A stretch of 63,561 nucleotides of DNA, filler included, from Asterionella formosa (GCA_002256025.1; 15 parts of 15 records of this genome joined end to end with filler, not necessarily neighbours in it); one strand, 5' to 3'; positions 11,903-26,109 are shown, counted from the first letter of the whole stretch. A program made the numbers and translations. The notes: generated by a model from the sequence alone, not told the origin.

Positions 11903-12986
11903 ATGAGAATGATGGTGAGGTCTTTCCTATTTTGCATCTTCGCAGCCTCTAGCAGCTATGCTTTCGCTAGTCCGCCTCGTCCTTCATTCACTGCCCGTCC
12001 GGTGGCCGTGAATATGGCCGGCGGCGAAGCTCCTCCGCCTCTTAAGGTGAGTAAACCCTTCATGGAAATCAATGTGGAATGAGATATCGACATCGCTGCT
12101 CTGTTCCTTGCTCATGCCGTTATTTGCCACTCAAGCCTCCAGCTGCTCTCTACGAAGGTGCGGTCGCCATTGGTGCTGCGAAGGCCGCTGCTCCATTCGG
12201 AAAGATATTCAAGCTTGGAATTGTCTCTGGAGCTCATATTGCTATTGGTGGTTTCCTCGCCCTTTCCGTTGGCGGTGCATGCCCTGGAATCGCCGCTGCA
12301 AACCCTGGAATTCAGAAGGTACGTCCGTTCAGCAATACCACACTGACTTCCATCGCGTTGGCTTTCTCTAACCACTGACAATGCTTTCTTAGATGATTTT
12401 CGGCGCATTCGGACTTCCGTTTGGTCTCATGATGACCATCACTACTGGAGGAGAGCTTTTCACCGGAAACACTGCCCTTGTTGCTGCCGCTGTCGCTGAG
12501 GGAAAAACCACCAAGAAAGACCTCATCAAGAACTGGAGTGCTTCGTACCTTGGAAACTTTGCTGGATCACTCCTCATTGCCTACCTCTGTTTCAAGAGTG
12601 GAACTCTCGGAAGCGGACCTGCATCGGCGGCAATTGCCACCGCCAAGTGCTCCTTGCCCTTTGATGTCGCATTTGTCCGGGGAATTCTGTGCAATTGGTT
12701 GGTATGTATGGCCGTGTACATGGCCTCTGGATGCGCCACCATGGTTGGAAAGATGACAGCTATTTGGTTCCCCATTTCTGCTTTTGCTGCCATGGGAATG
12801 GACCACTCTATTGCCAATATGTTCATTATACCATTGGGAATGATGCGTGGGGCTGAAATCACTGTTGCAGAAATGTTTACCAAAAACCTTATTCCCGTTA
12901 CTCTTGGCAACATTATTGGAGGAGTTCTCTTTTGCATGGCTCCATTTGGCTACACTTTTGGAAAATGGGGTAAAAAGAAGGAATAA
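11903..12986 (+). CDS. NAR1: Formate/nitrite transporter (FNT family), NAR1-like, plastid-targeted, 306 aa
   Basis: Exons 11903-12046, 12136-12318 and 12393-12986 with GT-AG introns, all phase 0. FNT motifs GGELFTGN, GILCNWLVCMAV, DHSIANM and PVTLGNIIGG. Signal peptide ends SYA-FASP (ASAFAP-like). Confidence 0.92.
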
Positions 12987-13370
12987 CTACAGAGTGGAAG
13001 CCGTTCCATATTATGTCGATTGTCGCTGTGCTAACTGAAGTGGATAAAGCTAGATCATGCGAAATGGTTACTGTTATATGTTCTCGTCTATGCTCGCTTC
13101 ATCGGCTATAGTAATTCAGATCAATTCTAGTCGCTTCCGTAGAGGAGGCTGTGCTCAGCCAATCGCAAGAATACGTGTCTGTTTCACCTCGCTTAACGTA
13201 TGGATTGATACCGTGAGCCTCATTGTTTCGCTCGAAATTTCACTGAAAGCCTGCATCCAGCAGCAGTGGAGCCAAAAAAGGGAATGAAGTCAAAATTTGA
13301 TAAACTGAATGATACTCTAGATACCGTTAATATATTATTCTGGCTCAGTGATGATTACAATAACGAGCAT

Positions 13371-15242
13371 TTACATGCCGTCTGTCAAGGCTTGGAATTC
13401 TCTGTTCATTTCGTCGATAACAACGGCATAAGTGGCGTCAATCGTTTCACGGTTGGCCTTGGGATCGACGTACTTGGTGTCGACAACCTTCTGGAGGATG
13501 GGAGCCAGTGCGGTCTTGATATGGGCATAGGTGAGTTTTTGGTCCGATGGTGAGTCAGCAATCGACTTCTGGCAAAGATCGTAAAAGGTAATAATAACCT
13601 TTAACATACCCACAGTCTTTGGAAGTGGGCACGTAAAGTCATAATCTGTGAAAGCGTTTTGGGCTAGGAAATCCTCACGGATAAGTTTTGCAACTTCCAT
13701 AACAACCTTCTGATCTTCGGAAAGCGATTCTTTACCAACAAGCTGGACAATCTCTGAAAGATTGTCTTCCTGCTGGAGAATGGTACGGGCCTGGTTACGG
13801 AGGTACGAGTACTTTTCATCCAAGCCATTGAAGTAGGGCTCAAGCACTTGCATGTACTTGGTGTAGGAAATGAGCCAGTTCAGACTTGGGAAATGCTTGC
13901 GCTGAGCGAGCTTCTTGTCAAGTCCCCAGAAGACCTGGACAATAGAAAGGGTTGCGGCAGTGACAGGATCAGAGAAATCTCCACCGGGAGGGGACACAGC
14001 TCCGACTACAGAAACAGTACCCTCACGGTCAGGGGATCCAAGGCAAGATACACGCCCGGCACGCTCATAAAAGGCAGCAAGACGGGCACCCAAGTATGCA
14101 GGGTAACCGGAATCGGCAGGCATTTCTCCCAGACGTCCGGAAATCTCACGAAGTGCCTCGGCCCAACGGGAAGTAGAGTCGGCCATCATGGAAACATTCA
14201 TGCCTTGATCACGGAAGTACTCAGCAAGTGTAATACCAGTGTAAATGGAAGCCTCACGTGCGGCCACAGGCATGTTGGAAGTGTTTGCAACAAGGGTGGT
14301 ACGCTTCATGATTCCAATCTCCTTTTCAACTCCAGTCACGGCATCTTTGATCGTCATAGTGAGCTCGGGGAAATCACACAAAACTTCAGCCATCTCGTTT
14401 CCGCGTTCTCCGCAACCGACGTAAACAATAGCATCAGAGTTAGAAAACTTCGACAACGATTGCGAAATAACAGTCTTTCCACATCCAAAGGCACCAGGGA
14501 CAGCGCAGGTTCCTCCGAGAACAGAAGGGAAAAGACCGTCGATAACACGGAGACCAGTGATGAGAGGGGCGTTACCAGGAAGCTTTTCAGTAATGGGACG
14601 AGGACGACGGACAGGCCAAAAGTGGGAAAGGTTCAGCTTGTGGGTCACATTTTGGTTTTCGTTAAAGACTTCCATGACAATATCATCGACGAGGAAAGTT
14701 TCCTTTCCGTCAGTTCCAGTGGAGTAAATTTTCTTAATAGTACCATAAATATTTGGAGGACAGAGAATCTTGTGGGAGTCAATAAGCTCGTTTTCATACA
14801 CCATTCCGATAATATCTCCTCCTGTAATGGGCTGTCCTTCCTTGAGATTAGCAGGGGTAAAGGTCCAGCGGGTGTTTCTAGTCAAGGAGGGCACATCCAC
14901 ACCCTTTGGGACGTAGACATCACCGGATTCTTGGAAAATGTGCTCCAAAGGACGCTGAATACCATCGAAAATGGTTCCCATGATACCAGGACCAAGTTCC
15001 ACGGAAAGCGGCTGCTTCTTACGAAGGACGGGATCTCCGACAGTCAAACCAGAGGTATCCTCGTACACCTGGATAGAGGCAGTGTCACCTTCAAGCTTAA
15101 TAATCTCTCCGACAAGCTTGGAATGACCGACACGGACCAGCTCGTACATCGCAGCACCGGACATGCCGTCAGCAACCACAAGAGGTCCAGAGACCTTGTA
15201 GATGAATCCATAGTCGGACTCCTTTTCATATTGGCGATTCAT
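13371..15242 (-). CDS. ATP6V1A: V-type H+-ATPase catalytic subunit A, 623 aa
   Basis: Motifs VSGPLVVA, Walker [34 protein letters not shown] and [12 protein letters not shown]. Full length with no intein. An upstream intron acceptor at 15263-15265 suggests a further 5' exon. Confidence 0.97.
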   Translation of the reverse strand: MNRQYEKESDYGFIYKVSGPLVVADGMSGAAMYELVRVGHSKLVGEIIKLEGDTASIQVYEDTSGLTVGDPVLRKKQPLSVELGPGIMGTIFDGIQRPLEHIFQESGDVYVPKGVDVPSLTRNTRWTFTPANLKEGQPITGGDIIGMVYENELIDSHKILCPPNIYGTIKKIYSTGTDGKETFLVDDIVMEVFNENQNVTHKLNLSHFWPVRRPRPITEKLPGNAPLITGLRVIDGLFPSVLGGTCAVPGAFGCGKTVISQSLSKFSNSDAIVYVGCGERGNEMAEVLCDFPELTMTIKDAVTGVEKEIGIMKRTTLVANTSNMPVAAREASIYTGITLAEYFRDQGMNVSMMADSTSRWAEALREISGRLGEMPADSGYPAYLGARLAAFYERAGRVSCLGSPDREGTVSVVGAVSPPGGDFSDPVTAATLSIVQVFWGLDKKLAQRKHFPSLNWLISYTKYMQVLEPYFNGLDEKYSYLRNQARTILQQEDNLSEIVQLVGKESLSEDQKVVMEVAKLIREDFLAQNAFTDYDFTCPLPKTVGMLKVIITFYDLCQKSIADSPSDQKLTYAHIKTALAPILQKVVDTKYVDPKANRETIDATYAVVIDEMNREFQALTDGM

Positions 15243-17589
15243 AGTGCTAGCGTTTGGTTGATCTGTTTAAATGGGAATACAAAAAAGTGATGTGAGCGCG
15301 TGTGCAACACAGCAAGCGACGGCAGCGTTGTAAAACGCTGGTATAAAAAATGTGTAGGCTCCACGAGATATTCCACCAACGGCTCGAAAATGTGTTGCGT
15401 TGGTTTGTCGATCATGGAGCAGAAGCAGATTGTGTCGCCGTGTTCAATTTTTACCGTATTGATTTCCTCATACTTTGCATAGTCTTGGATGACTTCTTGA
15501 ACATATCAGCATCGAAATTCAACGACACAAGTTGATCGTCAGCGACGGCAATGACGGAACGCCTTCACCCGCTTCATCAACAAATCTGACTCGACAACTT
15601 CATTGCTCTACTCCCGCCGAGCCAAAACAACTCTGCATCACATGGAGATGATAAGCTCTCTGTATCTGCAGAGAAAAGGAATCATCGTGGTCAACTTACC
15701 GCTTGTTGCAACCTGAACAAAAAGTATGCAACGGAATATGAATTGAGAGGAAGATCTTGGCCGGCCGGCGCATACAGTAATGAATTGGGCGAGTGGTGTT
15801 CGCGAATGGAAATCTTTCGGTTTCTTCATATACAACTTTGAATATATTCAATAGTCCCGAATCGAATGAGTCGATTCCCTGTTAATGTACCGGTTGGCAG
15901 TACCAGCGGTACTTATTACTATCCCAGATACAAACGAGTTACGCGTATTCGGTCTAGATGTACGGAGTACCGGTACCTGGTACCACTTTCACAAAGACGG
16001 GAAATGTTGGCATGATGTGTACATATGATATACCGGTATGTATACTGTACCACAATATTGGTAAAATTCTACGCAAGTTGTATTTTCCTGTAGGGCTCCG
16101 GTACCCTGGTAGTCTTCTCCTCTGGACAGGCCAATACTGTCCGGCAGTCTATGTACCCCTCCTTGCTTGACCACAGTGAAAATGTGGTATTGACAGGGGG
16201 GTAAAATTCTACGAAAGAGTACTGGTAGTCCTGATGGGGGTAGAATTTTTTCCACATGATTTTAGTAGAATAATCGCTCTAGTACCAATGGAGCCATGGA
16301 ACCCTGTGATTTACTATGGTATCGCTTGTTCGTGTACTCAATCCCAAAACCGACAAATATTCCCCAACTTGGCAGCCATTGAGAAATCAAAGTATGAAAC
16401 TTCTAATGGCTCACTATGTTTACCGGTGCGTATTCAGTATCATAGTTAGCTGTCGTATGATTACATAGGTTGTAGATGATTGTGATGGCAGCAGCGTTGA
16501 AACGATGAGGACTTAACAATAAGCAAATTTGCTAATTTAAGCAAACGCACTTTAAGCAAAACGAACGAGAAGAAAATTGCAGAATGAGCAAAACAGATTC
16601 TTGGTCTCAATATTTAGGCTAAATCAGATTAAAGCTAAGTATATATAGGAACAACAAGCCGGTCGGGTTGCTTTATTAAATGGATATCAAGAAGAGACAC
16701 ATGCATGAATTTAGAATTAGAATCAGTACTGCCGGTACGAAGTTATACATGGAACTAGATATAGCTTTACCGCAGCTTGCAGGTACCTGGAAGGCCCAGT
16801 AGTGCACGTTTCATGCGCACTTTTTCAGTTTCGACTCACTCCCAATTATTTGTCCCATGCCCACATGCAAAATGTTGTGCGTCTGCAAATCAAAACTATC
16901 ATATTTCCATGATGCATCATAGGATTGTGATCATCTGATCATAATTTTTCGTTATATCATCTAATAATTTTGATAAATGCCTTTGTAATTTAAATAGTAA
17001 CCCTTTTGACTATGCATATTTAATTATTATATGTATTGTTTCTATTTGATTCCTGTATTTGAATTTCTTGGTAGGATAATGTACCAGCTAAAGTTATGTA
17101 ATTTGGCTTGTCATTTCCATCCATCATCACTCCGATTTTTGCAACAACAACGAAATACTAGCGATGACAAGTGGAATGATTGTTTGCGATAATGTCTTCA
17201 ATTGTTGGTCAAGTGATCATTATTTCTTTGATTAATTGTCATGTGCAGTGAACCTATGTTCATAATCATTCAATTAAGAGTTTTCAGAGAAGAAATCATT
17301 CGAACTCGGAATGGTTCCGCACACCAGCGCAAATAATAAATCTGTTTCGTCGACCACCAGCATGACAATCTCGCAAATCAACCTGTAAACAAAGACATTC
17401 TACTTGTTCTCGTTGACGTTTTCAATTCTCGCATGATACTACATGTACAATTGAGATTCAGCATACAAGGAGATACGAAAATGTAACAGACTGCTGTTCA
17501 CATAGTTATAGTTATAGTTATAGTTATAAAATGATTCTGATTACAATTTCTTTTTCATATCGCTCGTTTCCGCATTTGGGATGCTGTAC

Positions 17590-18690
17590 TTCTTGTATTC
17601 ACTGTTGAACTTGTCCGCATCTTTGTTACCATCGATTGAGCGACAAATGGCTCTCTCCATTGTTGTTTGCTCCTGGAAAAGTTGGTGTCCGTGTCATCAT
17701 CAATAGAGGGACAAGTGTCCTTCATCATTGTGGTTTGCCACTGGAAAAAATGGTACCCATATCGTCATTCGCTCGTTGGAACCACTGTCCGTTGCCTCAA
17801 AGAACCTGCGTAGCGTGTGTGTACGTACACTGTTGACTTGTGTACATTACAGCAGTGACTTAGCTACTAAAGTGCATGTCATAATATCATACTCCGTAGT
17901 AGGCCTACGATGCAGAATACAGTTCCCAATCAACATTGAATGCTTGATAAGATGATAATGTGATATCACGATAGGGTTACATCGATGCATACATTGCCAA
18001 AATATGATACATAATATTGAGTAAAGTATACCGCATAGCTATCATACATTGATCATTGACCTATGATAATTTAAAAAACGTTTATGATATGTTTTTAATC
18101 AAATTATGATTTTTTAAAAAAAATACAATAATTATAAAATGCGATAAAATATGTATGCACGTATTGTCAAAACATCATAGAAAATAAATAAATAAATCAT
18201 AATTATGTTACTTAATATATACATTCGACTTTAAATGTTTACAGTAAAAGCAAATAGTTAATATGAAAGTATTATTTTTTGAATAGGATCTAAGTATACA
18301 GATGCGTTGATATGTACATCACCATAATATGATTTGTGATATGGATTGATGCATATCGCATATAGGTATCCTCAACAGCCAGCCATCACGTTCATCGTCA
18401 TCTCGTTTTTCCTTGTTATAGCTATATTTACAGGCATATGTATTGTGTAAACACTACGCTGGCGGAACATGCATATTACACTGTGCTCTGTTCAACAATT
18501 ACTACACTCGGTTACCATCACACCTGTTGCATCTCCACAAGCGCTGCAAAAAGCTCCGCGTTTCCCTTCCACTGTTTTAAATCATCGTCTTCTGGCCCTT
18601 TGACAACTTTCCAATTGGCATTTCATGGATTTCATGGAAAGGATCGGTCAAACAGGAAACGTGACTTACTTCCGTCGTTTACACTATGCT
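17590..18690 (+). repeat. Dispersed repeat, copy A (non-coding part of a DNA-transposon family)
   Basis: Colinear similarity to 27620-28825. Shared strings include TCTTGTATTCACTGTTGAACTTGTCCGCATCTTTGTTACCATC and GCAAAAGCTCCGCGTTTCCCTTCCACTGTTTTA. Confidence 0.85.
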
Positions 18691-19151
18691 TTATTTGTGG
18701 GCAGTAGGTAAGTGAATGACGCGACGATAGCTAGAGCGGGAATTGTCTCAACAATACCCTTCTCGGCGGCTGCTTGCCTTCTCGTATACATGTGTACTCG
18801 CAGGCAAGAGACCACCTTGGGCGTGTATTGCCTACAGTAGCTAGTATGGTGCCGCCGTGGTTAACAGGGAGGAAGTGATATACCGGTAGTGCTGCTGTTG
18901 GTAATATTCCAGCATTGCTACTTTTAGCTACTAATACAAAAATGACCAGTATATTGACTACTAGCTAGGAGTAATCCTCTGGCTATCTATGACTATATCA
19001 CCATTGCTTTGTACATAAATGTTAATAAAGTATCAGTGTAATCGTTTTAATAGTGCTAGTAGCTATACTATGAATATTAATAAACTAGCATAATCAGTGC
19101 CATACTTCACCGACTACTGATGGTGCCTGGTATGGTGTAAAATTGTCTAGT

Positions 19152-19305
19152 TGAAATATCACAGATCTTACCTTGAAGATCACTAAAGCTGAAAACCTAT
19201 TTTCACTTTACACTTTGTAATATTGTGAGCGAGCTTTCTCTTAATAGTCTATCTAGTCTAGTTCTTGCCTGATTACTCATGTAATCCCGAACAACACTTC
19301 TCACA
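19152..19305 (-). repeat. Candidate 3' LTR of the copia element
   Basis: On the minus strand a purine tract AAGGAAAG is followed directly by TGTGAGAAG (19305). The likely end is ...GATATTTCA (19152). No second LTR is available to confirm the boundary. Confidence 0.5.
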
Positions 19306-22253
19306 CTTTCCTTGATCCCGTCAAAATGATCTTGCTTACTTTGACAATAAGTAAGCATATTCATTTGAAAATAGCTAAGTGAACATCACTTATTCATTTG
19401 ACAATAAGTGAGCATCTGATTTACTTGTCAATAAGCAAACATCTCAAGTCATTTGTCAATAAGTGTCGCATGTTTTGGGTCTTGGTTTCTAATCACTACT
19501 AAAAATATTGATTCTCGACTCATTGGATTCCATATACTTTATCACCCTACCTGATCTTGAGACCAACAATCCATAGTCCCATTCATAATGTGGGTTGCAT
19601 GAGTGTCATGAATTTTCTGAGTGACATTCGTTGAAAGTAGGTCTGCAGGATTCTTCAAAGTGTTCACATAGTCAACTCTAATATCCCCAGCCTTTATCTT
19701 TTCTCGAATGAAATGATATCTCACATCAATGTGCTTAGTTAGTGAACCAACCTGCTGATTCTAAGATAGAAAAATTGCACCTGTATTGTTTTCTGCAATG
19801 ATACTGGGTATTTCCACATATTCAACTTCATTGAGTAGATTCATTATAAAAGTAGTTTCCTTTGATCCATCTGATAGAGCCACATACTCTGCTTCAGTGC
19901 TGGAAACAGTAACAATCTTCTGTGCTTTCGAAATCCAATTCACTAGCGATGCACCACCAATCGTACCCAAATATGCACTTGTCGATTTCCTTGTATCTGG
20001 ATTGTCCCCAAATGAGCTGTCTACAACGTCTTGAACTCGTAATTCATGTGGTGGTCTCATTTTTAATTTTCTGTTCCTCTCATCAGTTGCAATGAAACCT
20101 AACAAACGTTCAACAGCACTCCAATGGGCATCACCTGGATTCTCTAAATGTTGAGAAAGTTCACGACATGCATTCGCGCATATTGGTCCAACTTTCTTCA
20201 CAAAATACAACAATTCTCCAACCATTAAACGATATTCTTTATGGAGAGTCATTTTGTCTGGATTTTTTCTAAGAACAATATCTGGAAATGCTGGGGTTGA
20301 TGCATCTCTTGGATACTTTCCAAAAAGATCATGATAATCTTTGAGCATAACATGCACAAAATCCTCCAAGCTAGAATCCAAGTAGCGTCCCACTTTATAT
20401 TGGTCCCAATTGTACCACACTCCCAAATGCTTCTTCAAAGGGCCAAGCTCCTTAATTGTGAAGTGCTTCTTGATTTCATTTTTGAACCATTTGATATCAT
20501 TTGGCTTTCCAGCAATTGCACTATCATCGACATGTGTGGCAATTATTAGGATTAGTGCATTGTTTTCCTTGATGAAGAATACACATGGATCGACCTTGCT
20601 TTGCCGCAATCTAACTTTGGTTAAGTTTTGAACCATCTTCTTGAAGAATTGTAGCGCTGCTTGAACTGTGCCATACATGGCCTTCTCCAACTTAATGCAT
20701 TTGTTTTTCATTGTTTCTTGTGTTTCGAAATCAAAGTCTAAAACCCCATCTGGCCATTCAATAAAGATTTGCTCTTCCATGTCTCCTTCAAGAAAAGCAG
20801 CTTCAACATCAATGATTTCACAAACCCATCGTTTTTCTTCAGACTTATCCCATTTATATAACGAGAGAGCGAATATCATACGCATTGAAGCATATGTTGC
20901 AACTGGAGCAAATGAATCAGTGAAATCCAGTCCTGGGATCTGAACGTAGCCTTTCACTACAATACGTCCTTTGTATCGAATACTTTTATCCTGCTCGGAT
21001 TTCTTCTTGAATACCCAACGTGTGCCTAACGGTTTTCTGCCCTTGAGATTTTCACGAGGAACCATTTTCCAAATATTTCGCTTGTAGAAGTTGTTGATTT
21101 CATTTTGAATAGCAACGGTCCACTGCTTGCTCTCATATCCTTTCATACTAGCCTCCTTGTAATGCTTTGGCTCACCAGGATCTGAAGTAAGAGTAGTAGA
21201 ATACGCATAGAACCTCTCTAATCCTTATTCAATTTGAAATGGTTTATCATCATCTTGATAGGCCGCTTCTTCAGCATAATCGATTTCATCAATTAATCCT
21301 TTGTCCTTGTCATCTAGTTGTAAGTTTCCCCGAGCACTGGTGCGTTTGCCAGTGATTTCTTTCCAACCATCAAGGCGTTTCAATTCTCGTTCCAATTTTG
21401 CTTTCTTCGAAGCATCTTTGTTGATCTCATCACCTAACTTCCCCACTGCTTCGGATAGCTGAAATCTTGTTTGTTTCACATCTGGAACAGGTGGTTTCCA
21501 AATCAATATCCTGCTGGATAGGTGGCACCGCAGCAATAACATCTTCATCCTGCTATTCATCATCAATTGGAATAACAACCACTTCTTGGTCCCCTTCCAC
21601 ATTGATTTCCCCCCTTAAACCTGCAATTGGACTTGTTTGGCCATGCCAATCAGCCCAGCGAATGTTTCGACTATTTAAAATCTTTCGTGTCTGAGGCTTA
21701 AACATTCGGTAAGTGTCTCCAGCATGATCATGAGCGAGAATAACCAACCATCACACATTTAATGGCCTTTACTTCGAGTTTATTTGTTTTCTAAGCACCA
21801 ATTTTCACGCATACGATCCTGCCAAAATGCATTAGATGATCGTAAATCATTGGCACCTTTTAGTAAAACTTGTTCTCATCTGCACTTTTTACATCATTGG
21901 ATGTGGCCACAATGTTTGTGATTCGTGTGTTGGTGTTGATGGCCTCTACCCAAAGTAAACCTTGAAATTCAACACTAAATTTTGCAGCAAACAGTGCTGC
22001 ACATGCTCATTGACGAATGGTTACAAACTTTCGCTCAACAATTCCATTCTGTTGTGGCGTGTGGGGTGCCGTAGTAAACTCAATTTGAATATTGAATTTG
22101 TCATGTAGCTTTGTCAAACCTGAGAAGTTTTCACCCGCATTGTCACAACGGAGAAACTTGGTAACATACTCAGCCGTTTTGAGTTTAGTCAACAAATCTT
22201 CAATCTTTGAAGCAAGCTGTGACTTCTTCTTAACAAAGAAACTCCAAGATTTT
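19152..22253 (-). mobile_element. Degenerate Ty1/copia LTR retrotransposon (integrase-RT-RNase H and 3' LTR), 5' part cut by the contig end
   Basis: Integrase LRCDNAGEN...PHTPQQNGIVER. RT RWVFKKK...YKGRIVVKGYVQ, IIDVEAAFL, THVDD. RNase H SSTEAEY and KHIDVRYHFIRE. In-frame stops at 21225 and 19761 plus frameshifts. Confidence 0.93.
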
Positions 22254-22353
22254 NNNNNNNNNNNNNNNNNNNNNNNNNNNNNNNNNNNNNNNNNNNNTTA
22301 ATTAATTAANNNNNNNNNNNNNNNNNNNNNNNNNNNNNNNNNNNNNNNNNNNN
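22254..22353. other. Artificial scaffold-joining linker (N44-TTAATTAATTAA-N44), first of 14
   Basis: The identical 100-nt six-frame-stop spacer also starts at 44590, 46050, 47510, 48970, 50430, 51894, 53355, 54814, 56273, 57732, 59190, 60648 and 62106. Confidence 0.97.
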
Positions 22354-22717
22354 TAAGCGAGAAAAAAAAGAACCATGACTATTTGTACTCCTACAGCTTA
22401 GTCTGGAGTACATGGTACCAGCTCAACCTCTAGCAATTCAGGTTATACTTATCGAGAAGTGATTTTCTTATGTAATGGTGTTACATGGCATAAATTAATT
22501 AAAATATAGAAATGCCTGAGTAATGATGTGTAGCATGTTGTTTACATCAGTCATCCTGGCTGAGAGTCACATGTACCGGAATTCCATTACCGGTAGTCTT
22601 GTTAGGTAAATGACCAAATTAAGTAGGATAACAAGGGTCATACCATTGCTTACTATCGTGGTACAGCACTAAGGTAAGCCTTAAATTCAGGAGCCTGAAT
22701 GTAGCCTAGGGTATCAG

Positions 22718-25700
22718 GTGGCTGAGGCAAATGAACCCAACAGATGCCCAAAAACAGGAATGGAAGACAGAAATTTCGGGTCGAAAAAGAGATTGAATCT
22801 CAAGCAACTACTAAGGAAACGGACTAAAAAACTAGAGAAAAAGTGGCTCACACACATCCAAATTGCAACAAAAACACTACTGACTTTACAGGAAGAGAAC
22901 AAGATGTGAGTGAAGTACATTAACCAGCCAATTAGAAACCCCTCTGACTCTGCAATTTGATGGTAGCAAAGGGGGACAAAAAACATGAGAAGCACCACCC
23001 CAGGACAGTCTCCCATGTGATCTTAATGAGAATGGAAGGATTGCCTGTAGTGGAAAGGACTTTCACACACAGCCAGATGACTCAACAGCTAGAAAAACAA
23101 CTTTTTTGCAATCAAATGCGGTCCCTTTTCCATCACACAGTAAGGCTTTTGAGGCATTGAGGCAAAGCTTTGCAGACACTTGAAGGTAGGTCTTAATATT
23201 TCGGTTGCAACAAATGGCTCTATGGCATCTGACTCAACATACCAGTGGTTTTGGCCCAAAATCGGTGGGGACCCTAGATTTGGTGGATCTGACCATAGAA
23301 CAAGGTATACGGGCGGTGAAAAGTTTCATAGACCATAAATTTGCAACAGATGGAGAATCCAGACTGATGGATACTTCCCTCTTCTGTTGACAGATGGATG
23401 CAGGGAGGGCGGAACCCTTGCTCCAGAGACCAGATATTACATTGCCTTATCTCACCAACACATGGTTAACAAATATGAGAGATTTCATGGAGCACCACAA
23501 CCTTCAAATAGAAAGAAGCAATAAATGGTCTATGAGGTTACAATGTGGAAAGGACACAATGTTGATGGAGTATTTTGTCAGCAGAAGGGTCAGCATTAAT
23601 CATCACTTAAATGCATGTCAGATGTTCTTACAGATGTTGTCAATATTGGACATCGCCACAGCAGATGGGGTGCAACTTTGTCAAATAGTCTGCTTGATTG
23701 CAAATGTATCTTCGCCAGATGATCTCCTCTCAGGTGGCCAAATCAACCTGAACCCAGCAGACTCCACAAAAACAGGACTTGAAAGAGATTCTGACTAGAA
23801 ATTTGCTTACAGCTGGATCAAAGTGGGAAAGGATACTAAAAACACTGCAAGGGCATGGCATTCCCAACCTGCCATGGAGTGCCTAAACAAACTCCACCAA
23901 GCTAAAATGACTCTATGGAGCTATAATATTCAGGCAAAACCGCGGAAAATATTTCAGAACATCTCACTTCTGCTGACTATGTTGAAATTAAATATTGCTG
24001 CTCAGGGAATGGCATCACAAGGCAAACTTGACTCCCAGAGACAGGGTTCCATGCGATGTAGACAAAACATCAGGATGTATTAAATTCAGGCAGAGCTTTG
24101 TCTACCACCAGCCAATGCAGTGCTCCTGTACTGGTTGTACAAATATATAGGCAACACATGGGAAGCTTGTCAGGGGTTGAACATAGGGTCCCTGGAAATT
24201 TCAACATGAACCTGATGGGGGGAAAAAGGTTCACAGACACCTTCAGCTGGGTCCCATGCAAACTCACTATAGATGATGGATCAATGGAATCTGACTCTTG
24301 ATGCTCATTTGGGTGGTGCGTGCAGGGAAAGGGTGACCAAAACAGGATAGCACCAAACATTGCCATGGGTTCAGGGCCAGTGGTTAGTGATCCTTGCCTG
24401 AACAGCTCTACTAGATCAGAGTTATTTGGGCTTGCCTCAGCTCTCCAGTTTCTTCAAAAGTTTTTAAAATTCCATTACAATGATACTGAATCCATACTGA
24501 TCATCTGAAGGTATAGCACAACCGCCTTTCCAAGATTGGAATACCTATCATGGACGCTACACCCAGGGAGGCCACCAGCAAAGAATGCAGACATATCGTC
24601 TTTCCTCACTCACCTCCCTAGTGAATGTCGCTGCAGGGCCCAGATTAGATGGGTAAAATCGCACCAGGATAACACCTCGGGTCAGTCCAAACTTTCAATA
24701 GCTGTGGCTCTTAATGTCAAAGCTGAAAAGCTGGCTTCGTAAATCCTGAAACAGTGTAAGAAAAGCTCAACTGGAGGTCCACGAGCGAGAGATATCTGAG
24801 CATTTTGATTGGATGCAGGCCAGCCTTTTGGTGAATGGATCCACAGCTCCACTGGTCAGGCAATGCGGGGCATATCCAGGAACCAAGGTATCAAATCTAT
24901 TTCAGAGCCAAACACAACTTAAGAGATGCACACTGCCAAAATGTTTACTAGAAAGGATTCTCTGCACTTTTCAGTCACATCCACAAAAATATAGTATCAT
25001 GGTCATCAAATATATCCATGGATGGCTCCCTACTGGCCAATGCAGAAAGTTAATCCACAACGGAGACCTCTCATACCCTAATTGTTCCTTGAAAGAAACA
25101 GATGAGCACTTGATCATCTGCAAACACAATAAAACGGAATACACCAGAAATATGTACTACCTTACTACAATGCGCTCAAAAATGAATACATCCGAAGTGG
25201 GGAAGGATACTATCTCTCAAATTCGGCTAGACTAGTACCTTTTGTATATCATCAATACATCAGGATAACCATTTCAGATCTGCTGTGACCCCTACACTAC
25301 GGAAAGTACGAAATCTATTGTCAGGAGGGCAATCAGGCTTCAAGCCAAGCTAGGAGTCAAGCAAACGCTGAGAGGGTAACTTTAAAAAAATGGATCAGTG
25401 CTGTCCAACGTTCCAGGGATGACCCATCCTCCCCATCTCCAGAAGAATGTCGTCAATGGTCAAAACTGACCACCAACCAGATATGTTATCGTTTAATTAG
25501 AGTGTGGGGAGAGCGAAATGAGATTTTACACAAGAAAAAATCATGCACATTCAGAAATAAACGACAAAATCACCAGGGTGTATGCACAGAGGGGGGAGAC
25601 ATGTACCTGGGACTCCCTCTTATTCGCAACAGACATAAAAATACTCCTGAATTTGATGCTGAACAAGAAGAAAAGATTCCTAGAGAGAGCAGCCTACAAA

Positions 25701-26042
25701 TTAGCACAATCTAAAGAGTTCAAAAAGGGGCAAAGATAATTGCATTATTAAATTGACCCAAAAACACCCATGCAAAAGGAGTACATTAATAGTTTGGAAG
25801 AAAAAATAATAGCAAGATGCACTCAGACACAAAAACAAACTATCTGTCAGGTACATCAGCTGACACACCGCAAATATAACTCTGACAAGACCTCACTGTA
25901 TCACAGATACAATTTTATTTTACAGACTTCCACACAAGGGAGTGAATACCCATCTCCACCGCCCCACTTTTCCTGGGCCATGGAGCGCAATGAAGATGAA
26001 CCTAGAAATAGACCAGTAAAAAAGCGCTATGAAAATGATTAA
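22718..26042 (+). mobile_element. Heavily decayed non-LTR retrotransposon (LINE) with RNase H and zinc-finger remnants; RT core apparently deleted
   Basis: Fragmented ORFs: GPKSVGTLDLVDLTIEQG, HLNACQMFLQMLSILDIATADG, RNase H-like DGS...STRSELFG...WVKSHQD...LNVKAEKLA, and IHGWLPTG...NCSLKETDEHLIIC. Confidence 0.8.
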
Positions 26043-26109
26043 TATATAAACTTTCTACTAAAGACAATCAGCTTATGAAGGACGATTGATTAAGATAAGT
26101 TGGGCGGAG

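Noticed and set aside
13848..15290. 480-aa plus-strand ORF
   Set aside because: Antisense shadow of the codon-biased V-ATPase A gene.
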